From the IMG/VR virus record IMGVR_UViG_3300033066_002009, positions 72,961 to 108,546 of that record: a DNA stretch of 35,586 nt; one strand, written 5' to 3'. The notes beneath the pieces are model-generated. The model saw only the letters and a list, made by a program, of their open reading frames with translations, ran no database searches and was not told the DNA's origin. The stretch is from a virus. The number at the start of each line of letters is the position of its first letter. The stretch's first letter is position 1. Shown here piece after piece: positions 9,127 to 18,110 of this stretch. The position numbers and the translations under genes are program-made.

Positions 9127-9164
9127 GAAAAAGGGCGGCCCCGTGGAGGGCCGCCCTTTTTTTA
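9127..9164. terminator. Bidirectional rho-independent terminator
   Basis: AAAAA, then GGGCGGCC, then an 8-nt loop, then GGCCGCCC, then TTTTTTT. The 8-bp GC stem is perfect, with an A-run on one side and a T-run on the other. It terminates both the leftward capsid gene and the rightward cassette. Confidence 0.75.
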
Positions 9165-9176
9165 GTCAGTAGGCGA

Positions 9177-10097
9177 TTAGACTGGGAAGTCGACGCGCGC
9201 AACTGCCTTGTTGTTACCGAACCCGATACCGTTCACGGAGTAACCGTGGAACTCGATGATATCGGCTTCCTGCTTAATGAACAGCGTGGCGTCCTGGAGA
9301 AGGAAGAAGACGCCAAGGTAGTTCTGCGGCGCGAAGAGATAGGCCGAGCGACGGGTGTCGTCGTTAACGATCTCTTCCTTAATCGTGGTGATGACCGGGA
9401 TGCCCCATAGCTTCTCTTCCGCCTCGATACCTAGATCGTAGTGGCGAGAAGCGACGTCGTTACCGACGCTGGTAGCGGCCAGGTCAAGGGCCTCGTAATA
9501 GAGCCCCTTAGACATTAGGAGCTTGCCGATCGGCTGGCGGCGGCTGACCATACCCTGGAAGGCCGTCTTGAAGGCGCTCGAGGAGAAGGCGCCAGCGGCC
9601 TGCACCTGTGTCGGGAACAGCGCCAGGATGTCGTTCACGGTGTCCGTGAACTTCTGGTCTTCCTGGTCTGCCATGTCCTTTACCGAGTTGTCCGAGAGGA
9701 TCTTCCTGATGTCGTTCTGGTACGTCATCAGCTCGAACTTCGACTTAGTAAAGCGCTGCGACTCCACCTTGCCGAAAAATACGGCGAAGCGTCCACCCTT
9801 GAACCAGGTGCGCTGTCCCGTGCCGTGGAAAGGCACGAACGTGGCAAGGGAGTCAGGCTCCTTCTCCACAATGCGCTTCGGCTGGTCCGTGTTCTCATCA
9901 CGATCGATCTCGTCGTCCGCCAACATCACGGGCTCGATAATCTCTCGCGCGAAGGACTCCTGGCGCATCTTCTGACGGATGAACGCCGTTCCTTCTGCCT
10001 CCGCTTCCTTCGTCCGCCCCTCATCCAACTTGCGGACAAAGTTGGAGTTAATGAACTGGGCGGACACCTGCTGCGTCTGGGTCCTGTAGTTCGCCAT
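9177..10097 (-). CDS. Major capsid protein candidate (306 aa)
   Basis: The call rests on position and size, not on a recognised fold motif. The gene follows the scaffold-like and protease-like genes, has an SD (GGGAGA), and is followed by the strongest terminator in the window. Confidence 0.5.
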   Translation of the reverse strand: MANYRTQTQQVSAQFINSNFVRKLDEGRTKEAEAEGTAFIRQKMRQESFAREIIEPVMLADDEIDRDENTDQPKRIVEKEPDSLATFVPFHGTGQRTWFKGGRFAVFFGKVESQRFTKSKFELMTYQNDIRKILSDNSVKDMADQEDQKFTDTVNDILALFPTQVQAAGAFSSSAFKTAFQGMVSRRQPIGKLLMSKGLYYEALDLAATSVGNDVASRHYDLGIEAEEKLWGIPVITTIKEEIVNDDTRRSAYLFAPQNYLGVFFLLQDATLFIKQEADIIEFHGYSVNGIGFGNNKAVARVDFPV

Positions 10098-10182
10098 TGT
10101 TCGAATCTCCCGTTTCCTTTTGGTGTCAGCCGACCATTATTGGGGCGGACTTTTAAGTCATCTTAGCCCTATTAGGCTAAAA

Positions 10183-10650
10183 TTAAAGCTTCGCTTCGCC
10201 CGTGTTCTGGAAGCGCACAACGATCGTGCCGTCCACCGAAGTATCGTCGCGTTCAACAGTGCCGATGATCTGGTTGCCAGCGGCGGCGATAATCCACAGT
10301 CCCGAGCTGAATGATAGGGGGGCGCCCGGTACCATGCCAGCGTTGTACGTGAAGTTATCCGGGTCTAGGCGGAACACCGCGTTATCGCGGAGAACAACGG
10401 CCTTCTTTACGTATTGTGCAGAGAAGTCATCGTTGCCCTCGATTACGACAAACACCTGCTTCGAGTTCGCCGCAGCGCGGTTTGGGGTTGTCGCAGCGGT
10501 AATGGCGCCGGGATCAGCTCCTCCTGCGTCATACTGCACGACCTCTCCTGAGATAACGGTCTCGCTTGCCTTGATGGGCAGAGACTCGTCGAGGGAGCCT
10601 TCGCGCGGCCAGCCCCTGAGGATGTCGAACTTACTATTGAGCATTGCCAT
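10183..10650 (-). CDS. Beta-rich virion protein, possibly a head decoration/auxiliary protein (about 155 aa from the internal start MAMLNSK)
   Basis: The ORF track begins at 10707, but GAGGGAGA sits 9 nt upstream of the ATG at 10650, and the longer form would overlap the upstream gene. Confidence 0.5.
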   Translation of the reverse strand: MAMLNSKFDILRGWPREGSLDESLPIKASETVISGEVVQYDAGGADPGAITAATTPNRAAANSKQVFVVIEGNDDFSAQYVKKAVVLRDNAVFRLDPDNFTYNAGMVPGAPLSFSSGLWIIAAAGNQIIGTVERDDTSVDGTIVVRFQNTGEAKL

Positions 10651-10666
10651 GGTCAGGTCTCCCTCG

Positions 10667-11023
10667 TCACGAAACGATCCAATTGACGAATCGGTCTTCT
10701 GCCGCATCTGCGGCTTCTTTTACGGTTGAGGGCGCCGAGGAATCATTCCTCTGGGACGGCCCACCAAGAGCAGGTACTTCACCTGCGGTCTTCTCTACAG
10801 TCTGACGCAGAAGCTCAAGGACGTCCTTGTCGCTTGTCGCCAATTTTTGACGGAGGGTGTCTGGCAGTTCTTCTCCAGTTGCCGCCGCATACTTGTCAGA
10901 CAGCTCGGTAATCTGAGCATTCCGCGCATCTCGAAGAGCCGTCTTTTCACGGTTCTCGATTTCGTCCACATATGCGGCAGTCTTTTCAAGCACTTCCGCT
11001 ACGTGTATTAATAGTTGATTCAT
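10667..11023 (-). CDS. Acidic coiled-coil protein (118 aa)
   Basis: Helical, E/K-rich ORF. Confidence 0.5.
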   Translation of the reverse strand: MNQLLIHVAEVLEKTAAYVDEIENREKTALRDARNAQITELSDKYAAATGEELPDTLRQKLATSDKDVLELLRQTVEKTAGEVPALGGPSQRNDSSAPSTVKEAADAAEDRFVNWIVS

Positions 11024-11165
11024 CGCCCGACTCCCAACTTCCGGCGCAGGATTTCTAGGCCGCTAGCCGCCTCAACGATTTGTGCACACTTTACACGCTT
11101 CGTTTCAGCTTGGTGTTCGGCTTCTCGTCGAACCTCTGTGGCAAGCTTTCTAAGAGACTCGCCGG

Positions 11166-11393
11166 TCATCGCGATGCCTTTAGGTAGTCGTTCAAATCTG
11201 CGTAAGACACTCGAGACTCAACAGACGATAGCTCGGCCGCAAGCTTAAACAACAGCTCACCAATTTCGCCTTGCGGATGGGTCGACGCGGTCTTTACAAT
11301 GGCGCGTTCCGCCGAACGACGATTATCTGCCGCTGTCACGGTTGCAATAGCATCATCAGCCAGTTGACTGAGTGACCGTGCGTTACGTGCCAT
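11166..11393 (-). CDS. Small hypothetical protein (75 aa)
   Basis: ORF in the operon. Confidence 0.4.
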   Translation of the reverse strand: MARNARSLSQLADDAIATVTAADNRRSAERAIVKTASTHPQGEIGELLFKLAAELSSVESRVSYADLNDYLKASR

Positions 11394-11776
11394 TATAGGC
11401 CTCCACCGCCGGGAAGGATCCCATAGGACTGAAGGGCCGGAACCATTTGACGGCCAATTGCAGGCAGAGCAACACCAGCACCCATGCCAGCGCCAAACGC
11501 GCGATTACGGGTCTTGAGACGCTCTTCCTCGTCCTTCTTAGCCTGGAGGTGCTGGCCGATTAGACCGCCACCGCCAAGACCAAGAGCCAACGGCGCGGCC
11601 ATCAACCCCGTTGTAAATGCCGGATTCCGCCCCAGCAACCCCGGCAAAGTCTTCAATCCTCGCCCCATCCCCGCAAGAGTTCCAGACAGGCTCGCGATCT
11701 TTCCGTTGGAAAGAACGTCCGCATGTGCGGCCTTGAAGAGCTGCCCATATCGGGCAATGTTGGTGGCCGAGTACAT
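11393..11776 (-). CDS. Gly-rich small protein (127 aa)
   Basis: G-rich segments that look like membrane/GxxxG packing. Confidence 0.5.
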   Translation of the reverse strand: MYSATNIARYGQLFKAAHADVLSNGKIASLSGTLAGMGRGLKTLPGLLGRNPAFTTGLMAAPLALGLGGGGLIGQHLQAKKDEEERLKTRNRAFGAGMGAGVALPAIGRQMVPALQSYGILPGGGGL

Positions 11777-11778
11777 GG

Positions 11779-12426
11779 TTATCGAGCAGCAGCCGCCTTT
11801 AGAATTTCAAAGGTGTCGCCATATCCACGCAGGTACGTATCGTGAGCGGTCTTAAATACCCACTCAGTGGCGTCCTTTTCACCCTTCGCGGCGGCAACCT
11901 TGTGCAACTGGTCGAGCTGCATTGAGGTGGTACTAAAGCCGACTTCCGCAGCCTGCTTGATTAGCTCAGGGTTCTCATGCGCAAACTTGTCGAAATCATT
12001 CGACACAGCGGCAGTCTTAGAAGCGGGCGTACGCTCGATCGCGCCCTGATATTGCGCAGCGCGGGCAACTAGTCCGTCATATACGGCAGCACCGAAAAGC
12101 TGAGCACGCTTCACTAGCGCCTCGTGTTCTGCGTTAGCAACTTCCGCAGCGACCTTTTCAAGGTCCTTCTGCGGGTCGGCCGTTGACGCGGTCTTGGTCT
12201 GCCCCGCAGATACTTCTGCAAGGGTATCCTTTAGCGCGCTCTTGAGTGAGTCACTAACGGCAGCCGTCTTTTCGTTATTCACGGTGCCACGATCCACAGC
12301 GACCTTCTCGGCCGGCTGACGGAATGTCTTGAGTACGTCATCGAGCTTGGGCATTTGCCATTCTCCCTCAGTGAGGGCGCGTCTTGCCAAAATCATAGGC
12401 AACGCGCCGTTTAAAACCAAGTTCAC
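11779..12426 (-). CDS. Scaffold-like alpha-helical protein (215 aa)
   Basis: A/K/E-rich helical composition. Lies between the 594-aa gene and the capsid candidate. Confidence 0.45.
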   Translation of the reverse strand: MNLVLNGALPMILARRALTEGEWQMPKLDDVLKTFRQPAEKVAVDRGTVNNEKTAAVSDSLKSALKDTLAEVSAGQTKTASTADPQKDLEKVAAEVANAEHEALVKRAQLFGAAVYDGLVARAAQYQGAIERTPASKTAAVSNDFDKFAHENPELIKQAAEVGFSTTSMQLDQLHKVAAAKGEKDATEWVFKTAHDTYLRGYGDTFEILKAAAAR

Positions 12427-14207
12427 TTCGTTAGCAGTTCACCGATGCGCGCCGCAACTGAATCCATATCAATCACGGGTCCAACAACTTCGTCAATGAA
12501 GGCACTGTGCTTTACTGCACTGGCTACTTGAGCCCCTGCACACTTATCCATTTCTCTGTAGTCCTTGACCAGCTTTAGTACAAAGGCTGCAGTGCGTTCT
12601 TGTGCAGGCGCAAATTCTGTCTCAGCTGGAACATCACCACTGTCTGTTGGCGTCTTCTTCCAATCCCCCGGCTTTAGAGCCGCATAACCGCCGGCTGCCG
12701 CACCTACGCCAATAGGAAGTCGGAATTTGCGCAATGCGGGATTGGCGCTTGTCACCCCATACGCGGCGGACAGTAGCGCGGCACCCCCAAGCATTGTCAT
12801 CATTTGATCGCGGGCCCAACGATCGTGCGCTTCAACGGCAGCTCCGCGATCGGTAGCCATTGGTTGGCCCCCCGGTCCCCTTGCCGTAATCAAATCGGTT
12901 GTCGGTGATTCTTGAGGACGCAGGCCAATTGAATCTGGCACGAGATTACGGAACAAGGCCCCGCTGATGTTTGAATTCTTCTCACGCCTGGGGTCAATCT
13001 TCTCAGCAAGTTCTGGGTCCGCAGTTCCTTCGTCCAACATCCCTGTCGAAAGAACTTCGTCTAGCAACGCCGGAGACTCCGCAAACATCTCGAACAGCTT
13101 ACCCTGCATCGCAACAACTCGATCCGCAATTTGGTCGTCTACTTGCTGACCAGGACACATCATCGACAGCAGATAGTTGAGCATCTGCTTCGTTGTCAGG
13201 ATTACGCCCATAGACGAAAGCGTTGCCATGACGTCGGCGGGTTTACGACGCACCATGTCCGCAATGGGCAGTGGAGCATCTTGTGATACGCGAGGCGTGG
13301 CGTAGTCTTTGAACTTTCTAATTACGTCGGCGTCGGCATGTGGGAGGCTGCTAGACGCGACAGTGTCACCTCGGACGATCTTGTCGATATCCGACAACTT
13401 TCGGATAGCCGCACTCTTCCCTTGCGCGATGCTTGCCGCCTCGCCTAACGCGGCGCCAGAGATCAATTCATAAGGGCGTGAGAAAGCGACCTTTTTAAGG
13501 GTGTATCCCGTTTTGTCCGCGGGGCGGAACACGCGTGAGATATCAAAAAAATTGGGCGACGGATTGTGTACGTAAGCACGGCGACCATCCGGCATCAATT
13601 GGTTCATGCCGGGATCAAATTTTACGTGGTCGCAGTATTGCGCCCGTGACGGCGCCTTGTTTCCACAAATGGAGCACACATCATACTTGATGCGGCACCC
13701 CATGCTGACGGCAGGGAAGTCCCCGTCGTTTACACGGTTGACCCATTCCGGATCTTTTTTGTTGTCAACTACAATAAGGAGTTCAACCCGGTGCATCTTC
13801 GGATTCCAGAACGCCTTTTTCACATAGCCCGACGCCTTCGCTGGATCTTTGTTGACGTGATGCTGGAATACGTGTCCGTTTTCAAAACTGCGATAATGCT
13901 TTGGAAGTTCTTCCCCTGGAGAGATCCAGAAGCCATTGCCTCGACGTGCATTTACAGGGCGCTCTGGAAACCCGTCCCCGTTGCGATTCGGGCCATAGGC
14001 TTCTTCGGAACCGAGGGCCAAGACCAGCATGATCGTCTTGCCGGGCTCGGGCGTCACGTTCTTAACGTAATCCACCGCTTCAGAGGCGTGTTTTGATACG
14101 CCGCCATGTGCGTCCGTGAACGATTTGCCCCCGTGCCAGAGCAGTGCGGGTTGGATCGTTGCTTCCCCGGTCGGGAAGTAGTCATCAAGAAGGATCAGCT
14201 TACGCAT
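12423..14207 (-). CDS. Large morphogenesis protein, possibly a prohead protease (594 aa)
   Basis: The call is from synteny only (it precedes the scaffold-like gene). Contains VSMGCRIKYDVCSICGN...YCDH, a possible metal site. I recognise no catalytic motif. Confidence 0.4.
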   Translation of the reverse strand: MRKLILLDDYFPTGEATIQPALLWHGGKSFTDAHGGVSKHASEAVDYVKNVTPEPGKTIMLVLALGSEEAYGPNRNGDGFPERPVNARRGNGFWISPGEELPKHYRSFENGHVFQHHVNKDPAKASGYVKKAFWNPKMHRVELLIVVDNKKDPEWVNRVNDGDFPAVSMGCRIKYDVCSICGNKAPSRAQYCDHVKFDPGMNQLMPDGRRAYVHNPSPNFFDISRVFRPADKTGYTLKKVAFSRPYELISGAALGEAASIAQGKSAAIRKLSDIDKIVRGDTVASSSLPHADADVIRKFKDYATPRVSQDAPLPIADMVRRKPADVMATLSSMGVILTTKQMLNYLLSMMCPGQQVDDQIADRVVAMQGKLFEMFAESPALLDEVLSTGMLDEGTADPELAEKIDPRREKNSNISGALFRNLVPDSIGLRPQESPTTDLITARGPGGQPMATDRGAAVEAHDRWARDQMMTMLGGAALLSAAYGVTSANPALRKFRLPIGVGAAAGGYAALKPGDWKKTPTDSGDVPAETEFAPAQERTAAFVLKLVKDYREMDKCAGAQVASAVKHSAFIDEVVGPVIDMDSVAARIGELLTK

Positions 14208-14804
14208 TTACACCAGCTCACGTAGCAAGCTTACCCCGACTTCTCGATTGATGAGAAGGCATTCTTGTGCATTTGCGTCTTTGCTCGCGAGCGGTTCTAG
14301 CGCGTTATCAATGGCGATAACGGCGGCCAATTTTTCAATCAGGTTCTGGTCAGCGCTGACCTTCATTTGATTGAACACTCGGTACATGTCATCACTTGGA
14401 CGAGTCTCTTCTCGAAGTGACTCGAACTGACTCGGCGCGCTGTACCCGTGTGCGAACGCTTTTGCGCCACTACTAACAACATCGCCCATGGCCTTGGCGC
14501 CCCCTAGAAGCAGCGCCTGATTCCTTGCGTCATGGACGACATCCTTAACGTTGTCCCTTGCGTGATTCAGTAGGTAGTGCCCGCCAAGAACCGCGGGGGC
14601 TGCGAGACCCATTCCCCACCCTAGCCCCTTGGCGGCTGATCCTAGCGCTGGAGAAAGCTCTTGCTGCCAGCCACCCTTCTTGAAGTGCCCGAAAATAGCG
14701 TAATCAACCAGGGCCTTCTTCTCCCGGACACGGGGGTCCGTCTCGGCGCTTTTTTCTAGCGCACAAGACAGCTCCATCGCTTCCTGGAAGGTGAAGGATA
14801 GCAT
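14208..14804 (-). CDS. Hypothetical protein (198 aa)
   Basis: ORF in the operon. Confidence 0.5.
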   Translation of the reverse strand: MLSFTFQEAMELSCALEKSAETDPRVREKKALVDYAIFGHFKKGGWQQELSPALGSAAKGLGWGMGLAAPAVLGGHYLLNHARDNVKDVVHDARNQALLLGGAKAMGDVVSSGAKAFAHGYSAPSQFESLREETRPSDDMYRVFNQMKVSADQNLIEKLAAVIAIDNALEPLASKDANAQECLLINREVGVSLLRELV

Positions 14805-14807
14805 GGG

Positions 14808-15296
14808 TCACATGCTCCGGATCTGTTGTGCAATCTCGGATGCAGCTCCTGGCGCCCGGGACATACCCCTGAATAGCCCTGCTGCAGCACCACCAAGGAG
14901 GCCGGCGCCGCCCCCGATTGCTGTGTCTCGGTCCATTGTCTCTGGGTTATTGTTCATTGCACGAAGAAGAAGCGCACCACCGATGCCTGCGGGTAGCGCT
15001 CGCATTCCAGCGGCGCCTAGTGCGTCGAGGGCCGCGGCAGCATCGGCGACTTTTTCACCGCGAAGCGCTCTAAATGCACGAATCGCTGACGCAGTCTTCT
15101 TTGTCTCTTCCATGTGCATGTACGTCATCGCACCGAGAAGCTCTACAGCTTCCTTGATGTTTAACTCATCGACACCATACATCGCGCCAATGATCTTGTG
15201 AAGTCCGGCTTGCTTGATGCGCTCAACACTGTCGTTTGGCAGCAGGCGTTCCATTAGCGTTTCCATCGTTAACTCCTTAGCGGGAGAAGCTGCCAA
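14808..15296 (-). CDS. Hypothetical G/A-rich protein (162 aa)
   Basis: ORF in the operon. Confidence 0.5.
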   Translation of the reverse strand: MAASPAKELTMETLMERLLPNDSVERIKQAGLHKIIGAMYGVDELNIKEAVELLGAMTYMHMEETKKTASAIRAFRALRGEKVADAAAALDALGAAGMRALPAGIGGALLLRAMNNNPETMDRDTAIGGGAGLLGGAAAGLFRGMSRAPGAASEIAQQIRSM

Positions 15297-16497
15297 AGCC
15301 CGGGGGCTGTGAGCTGTTTACGGTCTTTTCAGCGTCAGCGATCAGGCGGATAGTGTTGAAGTCTACCCCACCGCCGCCCTGAACAGCAGTCCGGAGGAAT
15401 GACCTTACGGCGTTCTTGTCCGACGCCAAGGTCGGAGCGAATTTTACCATCGTGTGGTATGCGTCCATGAGCGTCTGCTCATTTACTGATGTCTGCGACA
15501 AGATTGGGTCGTTCTTACGCAGCTCCTGTAGAATGGCTTTACGGGCCGACCCAGCGCCTAGACCGCCAGCTGCGGTGATGGCCTTGGAGACAATATCCTT
15601 GAGGAGCGAGCCGCCAATATCTCCTACACTCTTTCCGAATTCGCGAACCGCTTCGGTGCCGCCCATTGACAGCGGGTCCTTCTTCTCGCCTAGAGACTTT
15701 TCTGGACCGAATTTATGCAGCGCGTGCTCCTCGAGCACCTTGCTAAGCGCATTCGCAGGAGCGGCGAAAGCGGGTTCAATGGTCTTCTGCAGAAGCTGTC
15801 GACCCATGTTTTCTGTCGGCTTGTCGCCCTTGAGGGTCTTCCAGAAATCCCCAAAGACGGACCCACTGTCCATCAGGTCCTTGGCGCTCTGTACGCGTTT
15901 GTTAAAGGCGTGGTCAGCCATTTCACGGTCAAACCGCGCATCTTCTGGCGTCAGCGCCGCGATCATGTCCTGGAGCTTCATTTGGTGCTTCGCGGAGTCC
16001 ACACCTTGCTGAAGCCGCTGGTCTTCGGTCATGTACTTGCTTGCGGCGTCGAAGATGCTTGAAACGTATTTTTCGTCACGATCGTCAAATCGTGAATTGC
16101 CGCGTTGGTCTCTCCCGATAGAAGACCCACCATTCATGCGGCCACCTGACTCACCAGATGGTAGACGCGTTCCACCGCCCTTGCCCGGCCTAAATCCCCC
16201 GCCACCACCGCCACCGCCACTGCCACTGCTTCGCTGGGGTGGCAAACCACCACCATTGCCGTAAACGCCAGTTCTTGGGTCATAATACTTCTTATCGGCC
16301 GCAGTCTTAGGGCCCGTCGCCGCATCCAGCTTTCCAAGAATGGCGTGGTAGCGCTGAAGGTCCTGGGGCGCCATTGCCGCCGACTGGAATGCGGTTCCCA
16401 TTAGCGCAGACTGTACCGGAGTAAATGCCGTCTTCTCGACGTAAAGTCGAGCGGCATACCCGATAACTAGGTCCTTGATGTCGTTTAGATCTTCCAT
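15277..16497 (-). CDS. Protein with a poly-Gly/RGG-like low-complexity tract (406 aa)
   Basis: Contains GSGGGGGGGGFRPGKGGGTRLPSGESGGRMNGG. The underlying DNA near 16196-16230 is a GGN microsatellite. The N-terminus (DLVIGYAARLYVEKTAF) weakly resembles the shared motif. Confidence 0.55.
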   Translation of the reverse strand: MEDLNDIKDLVIGYAARLYVEKTAFTPVQSALMGTAFQSAAMAPQDLQRYHAILGKLDAATGPKTAADKKYYDPRTGVYGNGGGLPPQRSSGSGGGGGGGGFRPGKGGGTRLPSGESGGRMNGGSSIGRDQRGNSRFDDRDEKYVSSIFDAASKYMTEDQRLQQGVDSAKHQMKLQDMIAALTPEDARFDREMADHAFNKRVQSAKDLMDSGSVFGDFWKTLKGDKPTENMGRQLLQKTIEPAFAAPANALSKVLEEHALHKFGPEKSLGEKKDPLSMGGTEAVREFGKSVGDIGGSLLKDIVSKAITAAGGLGAGSARKAILQELRKNDPILSQTSVNEQTLMDAYHTMVKFAPTLASDKNAVRSFLRTAVQGGGGVDFNTIRLIADAEKTVNSSQPPGFGSFSR

Positions 16498-17408
16498 TCG
16501 GCCCTTACCGTCCTTGCGCTCTGTTCACAGCGAAATGCCGCGTTGGCGATCTTAACAAGCTCTTCGAGCTGTCTCAATTCCGGTGTTGAAATAGATACGT
16601 GCCGGTCCCTCTCTGCCGCCACCTTTTCCGAAGGGCGGACATCCAGGGGTTCAAGGCGACGCTCTGCCCGCAAAAGATTTAATACGTTTACGGTGATGGG
16701 GTCATCGCCGTATTCGGCCATGGCGTCTTTTTCTAGATTTGCGAATCCAGTCCCATAGATACGCCGTAGAGACGTTGACAACTCAGCAAATTTTTCTTCG
16801 AAGGCGTAGTTTGCTTGCAGCCTCTCGTCGTCCAGAATTGCGGCAAGCTTCCTCGCCCGCATGTACTCCGCTTCCTTCTTCTTGTCAGGGAGCGGGCCAT
16901 TCTCCGTCTTTTTTGTCTTAATGCCGGGCGGATCAAGCTTTTCGTGGCACTTCTCTTCGCACTCCTCAACCTCTGGAGAGTCTTCGTGACCAGGCTCGCC
17001 CTCAGCAGGATTCAGTTGTTGACCCGCCATTTCATCAGGGACTTCTCCGACGCCTTCGCCGCCCATGGCGCCCATTGGGCTCATTCCATCAGAAGCGTCA
17101 CCCATAGGGTGAGGGCCGTCTACGTGCACACCATTTTGGTCAATGAGAATCTTGATGATTTGTCGAGAGTCCACGGGGTCAAATTCGTGCATAAGGTCCC
17201 CCGCGCCTTGCTCTTTCCTCTGGTCCATCATCCGCTGGAAAGTTTGAACGTTGGCCGCCTGCACCATTCTTTCGATCTGGTCAGGGTTTAGTTCTCCTGT
17301 GCGGGCTTCATCTGCTGCGGCGTCGGCGAGTTTAGAGCTACCAGACAGGTATCGGTCGACAACCCGTGTCGCCATTCCTTCAAAATCCCTGTCGTTATAG
17401 AAAGCCAT
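16485..17408 (-). CDS. Acidic protein with a low-complexity centre (307 aa)
   Basis: Carries an EEC/EKCHEK segment. N-terminus is FEGMATRVVDRYLSGSSKLADAA. Confidence 0.55.
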   Translation of the reverse strand: MAFYNDRDFEGMATRVVDRYLSGSSKLADAAADEARTGELNPDQIERMVQAANVQTFQRMMDQRKEQGAGDLMHEFDPVDSRQIIKILIDQNGVHVDGPHPMGDASDGMSPMGAMGGEGVGEVPDEMAGQQLNPAEGEPGHEDSPEVEECEEKCHEKLDPPGIKTKKTENGPLPDKKKEAEYMRARKLAAILDDERLQANYAFEEKFAELSTSLRRIYGTGFANLEKDAMAEYGDDPITVNVLNLLRAERRLEPLDVRPSEKVAAERDRHVSISTPELRQLEELVKIANAAFRCEQSARTVRAEWKI

Positions 17409-17420
17409 CTTGTCAGTCTC

Positions 17421-18110
17421 CTAGCTGAGGTACTGCGCCTTTTCTTTCGCCGGAACTTGGTCAGTGCCGTCCTTGTGGAGCAATCGGATAAGAAGGCCGT
17501 GTACACCTTCTTTACTCTTCCCGGTGCTCAAAGCCCGCGCCGCGTCCAACGCAGTTTTGAAATACTTGTGGGTTTCCTTGGCTTCTGCAGCAGTTACGCC
17601 ATAGAACTTATTTGACTTACCGCGGTAGAACGCTTCAGCAGCGATGTACCGCTGAATATCAGACGGGTCAACGTCTCCATAGTCGCCAAAGTAAAACCAC
17701 ATCAGCCATGTAATGCCGTGCATGAAAGCCTGTTTCATACCCATGGCTCCGACTGCCCGGCTTTCGTAGCTTGAAATCCATTCCATCAATTGAAGCCGAT
17801 TCTTAAACACCCCTTCGTCAAAAAAAAGCCGCCGATACGCGTCGACGAATTCAGGACTCACTCCTAGGTATTTATGAATCTGTTCGTCGGTAGTGCGGGA
17901 CAAAAGCCACATGTACATCGTGTCTCGACTGAAATCGCTATTGAAGCTTTCCCACGCGTCTTGGAGCGTCTCGTCAGCGGCAACAGCGCGGCCCGCAAGC
18001 AGGCGGTGGAGAGCAACTTCTAGCTCTCCCGACCAATCCGGCAGTGGTTCATTTCGCTTGTAGGCATTGATAACTGCGTGAGCCCGCCAAGCAGGGTCAC
18101 GACCGCGCAT
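17421..18110 (-). CDS. Hypothetical protein (229 aa)
   Basis: ORF in the operon, W/Y/F-rich. Confidence 0.55.
   Translation of the reverse strand: MRGRDPAWRAHAVINAYKRNEPLPDWSGELEVALHRLLAGRAVAADETLQDAWESFNSDFSRDTMYMWLLSRTTDEQIHKYLGVSPEFVDAYRRLFFDEGVFKNRLQLMEWISSYESRAVGAMGMKQAFMHGITWLMWFYFGDYGDVDPSDIQRYIAAEAFYRGKSNKFYGVTAAEAKETHKYFKTALDAARALSTGKSKEGVHGLLIRLLHKDGTDQVPAKEKAQYLS

Noticed and set aside
9523-10729. Plus-strand ORFs 9523-9975, 9825-10166 and 10202-10729
   Set aside because: They are antisense to the capsid-candidate gene and to the 155-aa gene, which both have SD sequences and better codon usage.
15416-17291. Plus-strand ORFs 15416-16012, 15715-16062 and 16815-17291, of 115-198 aa
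   Set aside because: They are antisense to well-supported, overlap-coupled minus-strand genes and show no start signals.
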